From Eledone cirrhosa (taxonomy: Eukaryota), in NCBI GenBank assembly GCA_964016885.1, contig OZ024766.1, forward strand, positions 20,708,001 through 20,772,000: a stretch of DNA of 64,000 nucleotides, written 5' to 3'. A program made the translations under genes and the position numbers. Below the pieces are notes generated by a model, which saw nothing but the letters and a program-made list of their open reading frames with translations, was not told the DNA's origin and did no database searches. Numbering within the stretch: the first letter of the stretch is position 1; each line of letters starts with the position of its first letter. This document shows, piece after piece, positions 54,923 through 64,000 of this stretch.

Positions 54923-55412
54923 CATGGCTTAGTGGTTAGAGCATTGGCTTTGCAATCGAAAGGTTGTGAGTTCAATTCTCAGACCGGGTGATGTGTTGTT
55001 TCCTTGAGCAAGACACTTTATTTCACATTGCTCCAGTTTACTCAGCTGTAGAAATGAGATGATAGGGACTGGGGTCCCTATCATTCTACTGTAAAGTGGT
55101 CGTGGAGGTGCCACAGCAAAAAAGCACCCAGCACTCACTGTAAAGTGGTCGTGGAGGTGCCACGGCAAAAAAGCACCCAGCACTCACTGTAAAGTGGACG
55201 TGGAGGTGCCACGGCAAAAAAGCACCCAGCACTCACTGTAAAGTGGTCGTGGAGGTGCCACAGCAACAAAGCACCCAGCACTCACTGTAAATGAGGTTGG
55301 TGTTAGGAAGAGCATCCAGCTGTAGAAATCAAGCCAGAATCAGTTCCCGTCCCACCCTTGCAAGCAGGGAAAAGCAGACGTAAAATGAAATGATGATGAT
55401 GATGATGAAATG
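54923..55412 (+). mobile_element. SINE family A copy
   Basis: Full head, CORE, 4 internal units and tail. Confidence 0.88.
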
Positions 55413-55446
55413 AATTTAAAGGTCCCTTTCTTCCCCTCCATTCCAG

Positions 55447-55802
55447 CGTGCCGCACACCGACCACGGACCACGCCAGAGAACATCCCCCACCTGCACAGA
55501 CTCGGTCACGGTCCGCCGCCAGCCAGGAACCGGAAGCAGAGCACGTACGCCACGTGGCCTCCGCACGGCTCTGACCCGGCAACAGCAACGTCTGCAGCAG
55601 CGCCGCCCTCCGCAGCAACTGTGGGACCCCCCAGCTGTATCTCGCTCTTGCAGATCCAGCCAACCATGGCCTTCCCTGTCGAGAAGCCAGACCCGCCACC
55701 ACCTCCAGCAGCAGTAGTAGCAGCAGCAGCAGCAGTCCCCCCTCCTCCGTACCGTCTCGTGATACCTGACTCGGCCAATAACGAGCATTGTTACCTGTAC
55801 AG
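55447..55802 (+). CDS. Pro/Ala-rich exon of the large-exon (FAM217-like) gene
   Basis: attccag acceptor, AG|gtaagt donor; 118 open codons ending PPPPYRLVIPDSANNEHCYLY(R); an ATG (MAFPVEK) lies inside; phase 2 matches next exon. Confidence 0.68.
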
Positions 55803-55829
55803 GTAAGTCGTCAACTTCACCTCTATATC

Positions 55830-56347
55830 TCTCTTTCTTCTTCTTTTCCTCCTCCTTCTTTTTTCCTTTCTTTCTTTTCTTCTTTTCCTTCTTTTTTCTT
55901 TTCTTCTTTTTCTTCTTTTTCTTCTTTTTCCCTTTCTTTCTTTTCTTCTTATTTTTTCCTTTCTTTCCTTTCTTCTTTTTTCCTTTCTTTCTTTTCTTCT
56001 TTTCCTTCTTTTTTCTTTTCTTCTTTTTCTTCTTTTTCTTCTTTTTCCCTTTCTTTCTTTTCTTCTTATTTTTTCCTTTCTTTCCTTTCTTCTTTTTTCC
56101 TTTCTTTCTTTTCTTCTTTTCCTTCTTCTTTTTTCTTTTCTTCTTTTCCTTCTTTTTTCCTGTCTTTCTTTTCTTCTTTTCCTTCTTTTCCTTCTTTTTT
56201 CCTTTCTTTCTTTTCTTCTTTTCCTTCTTCCTCTTTCCTTTCTTTGTTTTCTTCTTTTCCTTCTTTTTTCTTTTCTTTCTTTTCTTCTTTTCCTTCTTCT
56301 TTTTTCCTTTCTTTCTTTTCTTTTTCTTCTTCTTCTTTGCCTTCTTC
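55830..56347. repeat. Polypyrimidine (CTT/CTTT) low-complexity tract
   Basis: Directly visible; intronic. Confidence 0.92.
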
Positions 56348-56475
56348 TAAACACTTTAACCCTTTCATTACCATGTTTCTAATGGAACATAACTTAACAC
56401 AGGTTCTTACATAAAATTATGATGATGATGATGAAACTGTGGTATCTTCCCCCCCTCTCTCTCCATTTCTTACCA

Positions 56476-56521
<46 letters not shown>

Positions 56522-56586
56522 CTCACCCTCTCTCTATCTCTTACTAACATCTCTCCCCCTCTCTCTCTATTTCACGTATGTTCCAG

Positions 56587-57780
56587 ATCTGGTCATCTGC
56601 AACGCCGCCACCAACAACAACAACAACAACAACACCACCACCACCACCACAACACTCCTAGCCACTATCATCATCTTAAACTACCTCTTTCAAGGAGAGT
56701 TCCAGCAGTCTCGACGTCATCTATTTCGCCACCAGGCTTCGCCACTTCCTGTTCGCGCCGCCTGTCACCTAATGCGCGGACACCGACAGCAGCAGCAGCA
56801 GCAGCAGCGACGATGGCGGGAGGTACGACAGCGCCACGGACCTGTGACATCGGCGGTGCAGCAACAACAGCGCCCCCTGCTGGTGGAGGGACGACGGCGG
56901 GAGGTACGACGGCGCCACGGACGTGTGGCATCGGCGCTGCAGCAACAACAGCGCCCCCTGCTGGTGGAGGGACGACGGCGCCACGGACGTGTGGCATCGG
57001 CGCTGCAGCAACAACAGCGCCCCCTGCTGGTGGAGGGACGACGGCGCCACGGACGTGTGACATCGGCGCTGCAGCAACAACAGCGCCCCCTGCTGGTGGA
57101 GGGACGACAGCGCCACGGACGTGTGGCATCGGCGGTGCAGCAGCAACAGCGCCCCCTGCTGGCGACGGGGTAGGCGGAAGTGCAGTGACTCGCGACATAG
57201 ATATCAACGGTAAGGCCGGCGTCAGCGACGCGCGGCCACCGGCTTCGGGTCCGATTCCAGCGCCGAGCGCGACTGAGGGCGGGGAGTCGCTCCGCTTGCT
57301 GCTGGGCGTGGACAGAGCGACACCTGCTGCTGCAGCTGACGACGCTGCCGATGGCGTCCCTGGGCTGGGGACAGCGACGCGCTCCGGCTCTGCTTCGCGC
57401 TCGGGACGAATCGCTGGGGGCAGCAGCGGCGGCCGGCCCCGTTCGCGCCGAGCGCCGCCGCCGCCGCCGCCCCTCCTGGGTCCGCCGCCGCCCCCTGCGG
57501 CGGAGGCTGACAAAGAGAGAAAGAAGGAAAGGGGTGAAGGAGAAGGAGGAGGAGGAGGAGAAGAGAAAGAGGAGAAAAAGAAAGAGAGGCGAACGAAAAG
57601 AAAGAACGACGACAACAACAACAGTAACAACAACAACAGCAACAACATCAACAACAGCAACAACAGTAACAACAACAACAACAACAACAACAGCAGCAAC
57701 AACAAGAACATCAACAACAACAGCAGCAACAATAACAGCAACAACAACAACAGCAACAACAACAACAACAACAACAACAG

Positions 57781-57812
<32 letters not shown>

Positions 57813-57898
57813 GTAACAACAAGAACAACATCAACAACAACAGCAACAACAGTAACAACAGCAACAACAACAAGAACATCAACAACAACAACAACAGT

Positions 57899-57929
<31 letters not shown>

Positions 57930-57964
57930 GCAACAACATCAACAACAACAGCAGCAACAACAAG

Positions 57965-57998
<34 letters not shown>

Positions 57999-60900
57999 GC
58001 AAGTGGAAGAAAGTAGGCGAAAACTTTCGGTTCCACCTAAACCCTATCGACGTATTCATCATGGCCGCCAAATGCCCCGGCCCTGGGGTGGTGGGGGAGG
58101 AGCCGAAAGTGTCGGACGATGGGCGGCGGGGAGATGATGACGAAGGCGACGCCCAGTTCAGTTTCGATGCCATGGCAACGCAGGTCCCTGCCTATCCTTT
58201 CAAAGACCCCTTGCCCTTTTCAGTCGGTGACCTCGAAGCCTTTTGTAGTTGCTCTTCTTCTTCTTGTTGCTGCTGTTGTTGTTGTTACGGTCGTCGTCTC
58301 GAAAGTGGGCGGAGTCAGGAAAGATGGGAGGAGCCGGAGCTGGTAGAGAAGCAACTGGAGGAAGAGGAGGGGGAGGCGGCGGCGGCGGGAGTGGAGAACG
58401 AGGCGTTGCGATTGGAGGAAATGATAGGCGGGGGGAACGCCGACGATCGCATCGAGTGGGCGGAGCTTGTCGCGGAATTGGCAGGGCATCATCATCATCA
58501 TCATCAACAACAGCGATGCCATCAGTGGGCTTACCAAAGAGAATGGGAGGAGTTACAGTCAAAGTGTCGGGAGGTGCTCCAACTAGAAACAGATGTTTGT
58601 CAGGGACAGGGAGGGCGTGGCCAACTGTTAGAAATGCTTCCCAGCAAGTGGGCGGAGCCTCACGATGAAAAGCAGCTGCAGGGGGTGGAGCCACGCTATA
58701 GAAAACAGCCACAGAGGGCGCGGCTTCGTCATCAGAAACAGCAACAGGGGGCGGAGCTTACCTCTCAAAAACGGCCACGGGGGGCGGGACCCTATTATAA
58801 GCAACATCAGAAGGAGGCGGGGCCTTGCCATAAAAAGCAGCAGGAAGCAGAGCTTCATCATCAGAAACAACAAAAGGGGGCAGGGCCACAACAACAGTGG
58901 GCGGGGCTTCAGCATCAAAAGCAACACCAAGAGGCAGGGCCACATCACCAACCAAAAGAGGCGGGGCTTCGCCATCAAAAGCAGCAAGGGGCGGAGCTTA
59001 GTCCAGAACTAGAGAGGGTAGAGAATGTTCGTAAACAGTGGGAGGGGTCTATTGCGTTAGGGAAATCTTCTCAGTGGGAGGGGCCTCGTGTTCATCACAA
59101 ATGGAGGCGGGAGGTTGAAGAAGAGTGCAGCAAGGTGGAGCCAGAAATGGCGCTCCGAGGAGACGAGAATGGCTGTGCTGCACCTTTAAAATACAGCGGC
59201 CTGCTGCAAAGGCTCGTAACGATTGCTCGACTGCAACGAGAGACGAAGGAGCACGAGGTGCGGGTGGCGCTCAGCCGACAGCGAACGAGGACCAGGATGC
59301 AGGCCGCAAACTCTCGCCAGGGGACCAGCACGAGCCTGAAGCTGTCGTCGGGCGAGACCGGGAGAGAGGGCGCCAGGTGCCACACGAGGAACGGCACAGT
59401 GTCCTCGCTGTGGGACGCAGGAGCCAGCTGCACCGAGTTGGGAGACAGCTTTAACAGCCTGTTGTCGTCGTGCAGCAAGGAAGGGAAGTGCAGCCGGGTG
59501 TCAAACTGCAACAGGGTGTCGGTGTCGCGGTGCAAAGACAGGAACTGCAGCTGCAACGGGGTGTCGGTGTCACGGTGCAGAAATGTGAAGGGCGACTGCA
59601 GCTGCAACGGGGTGTCGGTGTCACGGTGCAGAAATGTGAAGGGTGACTGCAGCTGCAACGGGGTGTCGGTGTCACGGTGCAGAAATGTGAAGGGCGACTG
59701 CAGCTGCAACGGGGTGTCGGTGTCACGGTGCAGAAATGTGAAGGGCGAGTGCAGCTGCAACGGGGTGTCGGTGTCACGGTGCAGAAATGTGAAGGGTGAG
59801 TGCAGCTGCAACAGGGTGTCGGAGTCGCCACAGCGCAAAGACGGGAGATGCAACTGCAGCGGGGTGTCGGTGCAAGGTAGAGATGCAAAGAAATGCATCT
59901 GCATTCCGAGTTGCAGCAAGGTATCACCACAGAGAAAAGATGGCAGCAAGTGCAGGAACAGCCCAACAAAGTGCAACAAGCCCACGACACAGAGCAAGTG
60001 CACCTACAAATGCAACAAGCCGCCAATGCAGGGCAAAGCTGTTAAGAAGTGCAACTGCACCAAGCCAGAGGAGAATTGCAGCAAATCCTCGCTGCAGTGC
60101 AAAGATGCAAAAGGCTGCACCTGTAGCTCACAATTCAAAGGTGTTAAGAAGTGCAGCTGCACCAAGCCAGAGGAGAGTTGCAGCAAGTCCTTGCTGCAGT
60201 GCAAAGATGCAAAAGGCTGCACCTGTAGCTCACAATTCAAAGGTGTTAAGAAGTGCAGCTGCACCAAGCCAGAGGAGAGTTGCAGCAAATCCTCGCTGCA
60301 GTGCAAAGATGCAAAAGGCTGCACCTGTAGCTCACAATTCAAAGGTGTTAAGAAGTGCAGCTGCACCAAGCCAGAGGAGAGTTGCAGCAAGTCCTTGCTG
60401 CAGTGCAAAGATGCAAAAGGCTGCACCTGTAGCTCACAATTCAAAGGTGTTAAGAAGTGCAGCTGCATCAAGCCAGAGGAAAACTTGTTGCAGTGCAAAT
60501 GTGAAAGAAATTGCACATGCACATCCATATGCACCTGCAGCTCACGGTGCCGTATCCATTCCGTTAAGAAGCACCTGCAGGGAAATGCACTCCGATGGCA
60601 AGATGTGCGCATAGATGCACATGGTAAATCTGCTGCCGACGTTCTGCGGGAATTGCGCAAGCATCAGCAGTATCCATATCTGCTGCGGAGTGCAACAGAA
60701 GTGCAGCAGGGCTACCACCAACATGTAGCGGGAGCTGCAGGTGTAATGGCTGGCGATGCAGATGTGCAGCGTTGTGCATATTCTGGAGCGGATGCACATC
60801 GACAGCAAGACACGCATCAGCAGAGATGCGGCAGAAATTGTGGTGGTGCACACATGCAACAGCATGCGCTGCGTCAATGCGCACGATGCAAAAACGATAC

Positions 60901-61144
60901 ATATCTGCAGTCTGATGCACACATGCAGCAGAGCGCACGAGTCGGTGCATCTCCACTGCGATCTGCACAAATCCAACATCGTCTGCAGCTGCACCAAAAT
61001 GCAGCGGCAGACTTGCGGACGGTTAAGCCCGATGCACTGGCGAGGCCTTCGTCGTGCAGGCGGAGGTGCAGCGACGGCGCCGAATCTCCACTGGCCCCTA
61101 CTGCACGTGGAGAACCTGTGGGCGCTGAAGGCAACCCACGATGA
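56587..61144 (+). CDS. Giant exon: ~1520-aa low-complexity protein with FAM217-like motifs and Cys-rich tandem repeats
   Basis: ttccag acceptor at 56585-86, in frame with ORF 56813-61144; GC-rich and stop-free across unique and repeat segments; motifs FRFHLNPIDVF, YPFKDPLPFSVGDL, GLLQRLVTIARLQRETKEHE. Confidence 0.75.
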
Positions 61145-61299
61145 TGAAACTGTGCCCTACTGCATGACAGGTTTGGTGGCATAAAGGGGACAGCGACCCC
61201 TGTCTATAAATATCAGGTTTTCCATATCTCCCACCGACTGTTCCCTGTTCCCTGTTCCCTGTTCCCACCTCACACACCCTACCCCGTCCAGCCGTTTCT

Positions 61300-62332
61300 G
61301 TCCACTGTAAAGTGGTCATGTAGGTGTCACAACAAAAAGAACCCTCCACATTGTAAAGTGGTAAAAGGCTCCCAGTCCACACTGTAAAGTGGTCATGTAG
61401 GAGACACAGTAAGAAGGCTCCCAGTCCACACTGTAAAGTGGTCATGTAGGAGACACAGTAAGAAGGCTCCCAGTCCACACTGTAAGGTGGTCATGTAGGA
61501 GACACAGTAAAAAGGCTCCCAGTCCACACTGTAAAGTGGTCGTGTAGGAGACACAGTAAAAAGGCTCCCAGTCCACAATGTAAAGTGGTCATGTAGGAGA
61601 CACAGTAAAAAGGCTCCCAGTCCACACTGTAAGGTGGTCATGTAGGAGACACAGTAAAAAGGCTCCCAGTCCACACTGTAAAGTGGTCGTGTAGGAGACA
61701 CAGTAAAAAGGCTCCCAGTCCACAATGTAAAGTGGTCATGTAGGAGACACAGTAAAAAGGCTCCCAGTCCACACTGTAAAGTGGTCATGTAGGAGACACA
61801 GTAAAAAGGCTCCCAGTCCACACTGTAAAGTGGTCATGTAGGAGACACAGTAAAAAGTCTCCCAGTCCACACTGTAAGGTGGTCATGTAGGAGACACAGT
61901 AAAAAGGCTCCCAGTCCACACTGTAAAGTGGTCGTGTAGGGGACACAGTAAAAAGGCTCCCAGTCCACACTGTAAAGTGGTCGTGTAGGAGACACAGTAA
62001 AAAGGCTCCCAGTCCATACTGTAAGGTGGTCATGTAGGAGACACAGTAAAAAGGCTCCTAGTCCACACTGTAAAGTGGTCATGTAGGAAACACAGTAAAA
62101 AGGCTCCCAGTCCACACTGTAAAGTGGTCATGTAGGAGACACAGTAAAAAGGCTCCCAGTCCACACTGTAAATGTGGTTGGTGTTAGGAAGGGCATCTAG
62201 CCGTAGAAAACTCTGCCAGAGACACATCTGTACGAGTGAGGCACGGTCTCCTGACCATTCCCGCATCCAATTGAACAAAACCATCTAACCCATGCTAGCG
62301 TGGAAGATGGCCGTTTAACGATAATGATGATG
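61300..62332 (+). repeat. 49-bp SINE-derived tandem array (~17 copies) plus SINE tail
   Basis: Unit GGCTCCCAGTCCACACTGTAAAGTGGTCATGTAGGAGACACAGTAAAAA, then AGGAAGGGCATCTAGCCGTAGAA and (GAT)n. Confidence 0.88.
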
Positions 62333-62761
62333 AATTGTAGCTTGTAATTAACTGCCTGCCTCCTTCCCCAATACTATGGTGTTAATATGCTCGTCTTTTC
62401 CCCTTCCATAAATTCCTGGCCTCTTGCCAATACCGAAAAGAATTATTTCACACTGATGAGGCACAACAAGGTAGAAACAATATTTGTATATAGATATCAG
62501 AAGAATACATATTACATCTGAAATGTAGAATTATCTCAATAAATATTAGGTGAAAAATATATTGTGTATGTCTTAATCAACGATTTTTGTTTTATACCTT
62601 TGTTAAGTTATGTTCCAGACCTACCAGGTTCTATGATACAAAGTTGTTTGTTTTAAAGTGTTTATATCTATCTAGAAACCTTTCAACATAATTTTATGTA
62701 AGAACCTTTGTTAAGTTATGCTCCAAAAACCATAGACAGTGTCTTTCATTAGAAATATGGT

Positions 62762-63300
62762 TATGTATACATTTTTGAGGGACACCTGTAAACTATATAT
62801 ATATATATATATACAGGGTGTCCGAAAAAATGTATACACACTTTGCTGAGAATGTAGTTGACGTGTGTATACATTTTTGAGGGACACCTGTAAACTATAT
62901 ATATATATATATATATACAGGGTGTCCAAAAAAATGTATACACACTTTGCTGAGAACGTAGTTGAAGTATGTATACATTTTTGCGGGACACCTGTAAACT
63001 ATATATATATATATATATATACAGGGTGTCCAAAAAAATGTATACACACTTTGCTGAGAACGTAGTTGAAGTATGTATACATTTTTGCGGGACACCTGTA
63101 AACTATATATATATATATACAGGGTGTCCCTAAAAAAGGTGTACACACTTCAATTGCATACTAATCAGTGTGTATACATATTTGGGGGACACTCTGAATA
63201 CCACTGTCTCACTATATACATGATGTCCCGAAAAAACGTATACACACTTTGATTATAACGCAGTTGATGTGTGTATACATTTTTTGGGGACACTCTGTAT
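62762..63300. mobile_element. Tandem array of tiny Tc1/mariner-type MITEs (~80 bp each)
   Basis: TA-CAGGGTGTCC...AAAATGTATACA / TGTATACATTTT...GGACACCTG-TA inverted termini, separated by (TA)n. Confidence 0.65.
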
Positions 63301-63544
63301 ACCTCTCTCTTAATACTCTTTCCCTCTTTTTCTTTCTCTCTCTCTCTCCCTATCTCTGCCCTTTTTTCTTTCTCTCTCTTTCACACACTCTCTCTCTCTC
63401 TCTCTTAGTTCTCCCTCGCCCCTCTCCTTTTATCTATCTTTCCTTTAGACCCCCTCTTTTCACCCTCTCTCTATCTCTATCTTAAACCTCTCCCTTCTCC
63501 TCCTCCTCTCTTTATCAAGCCATTAAAAATGTCCGTCATTTTCT

Positions 63545-63900
63545 TCCTCTCTCTCTTCTCTCCCTCTCTCTCTGTCAAGCTACCAACTCTTTCTTCTCTC
63601 CCCCTCTCTCTGTCAAGCTACCAACTCTTTCTTCTCTCCCTCTCTCTGTCAAGCTACCAACTCTTTCTTCTCTCCCTCTCTCTGTCAAGCTACCAACTCT
63701 TTCCTCTCTCCCCCTCTCTCTGTCAAGCTACCAACTCTTTCTTCTCTCCCTCTCTCTGTCAAGCTACCAACTCTTTCTTCTCTCCCCCTCTCTCTGTCAA
63801 GCTACCAACTCTTTCTTCTCTCCCCCTCTCTCTGTCGAGCTACCAACTCTTTCTTCTCTCCCCCTCTCTCTATTAAGTCACCAACTCTTTCTTCTCCCCT
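63545..63900. repeat. ~38-bp pyrimidine-rich minisatellite
   Basis: Unit CTCTCTCTGTCAAGCTACCAACTCTTTCTTCTCTCCC. Confidence 0.9.
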
Positions 63901-64000
63901 CTCTCTATGTCTTTGTCAAAACCTTCGGCCCTTCCTCCCCTCTCTCTCTCTATTAAGTGAATAACCCTACCTTCTCCCCCTCTCTCTATCTCTCTGTCAA

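Noticed and set aside
55788-56414. Protamine-like K/R-rich ORF (minus) and F/S-rich ORF (plus)
   Set aside because: Polypyrimidine low-complexity tract inside a well-defined intron (55803-56586)
56349-56420. piggyBac-like TTAA-CCCTTT terminus (related copies at ~22225-22310 and ~62590-62762)
   Set aside because: Homology between copies extends beyond the TTAA and no matching second terminus was found; only an unclassified dispersed repeat
56671-58173. Minus-strand poly-Leu/poly-Val ORFs
   Set aside because: Antisense shadow of the (AAC)n Asn tract in the + strand exon
62452-62490. Hammerhead-like CTGATGA...GAAACAATATTTGTA
   Set aside because: Stem I and stem II do not pair convincingly; at best a decayed copy

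Overview
Repeat-dominated eukaryotic genomic DNA, most likely an octopod cephalopod (inferred from recalled SINE families, RTE tails and extreme (TA)n/(CT)n content), with one 200-N scaffold gap at 18986-19185. Most long ORFs in the supplied track are artefacts of tandem repeats. Genes were reconstructed by reading splice sites and checking phase. (1) A CCDC57-like coiled-coil gene on + has 7 exons at 1765-18141 and a probable last exon just after the gap. (2) An unidentified small-exon gene lies on + at 37273-42516. (3) A complete 4-exon, 138-aa fatty-acid-binding-protein (FABP/iLBP) gene lies on - at 47319-42946. (4) A + gene has a ~4.6 kb exon encoding a low-complexity protein with FAM217-like motifs and metallothionein-like Cys-rich tandem repeats (55447-61144). 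The rest is tRNA-derived CORE-type and Meta-type SINEs, RTE and CR1 LINE fragments, a Helitron end, Tc1/mariner pieces and many satellites, several expanded from inside retroelements. The most interesting signal is a set of non-coding elements in (TA)n tracts that carry hammerhead-ribozyme motifs. These include a 420-nt head-to-tail, retrozyme-like unit whose first copy starts at the predicted cleavage site, and a fold-back family that looks like the 3' half of a hammerhead mirrored about stem II. All protein and repeat-family names come from recalled sequence motifs, not database searches.
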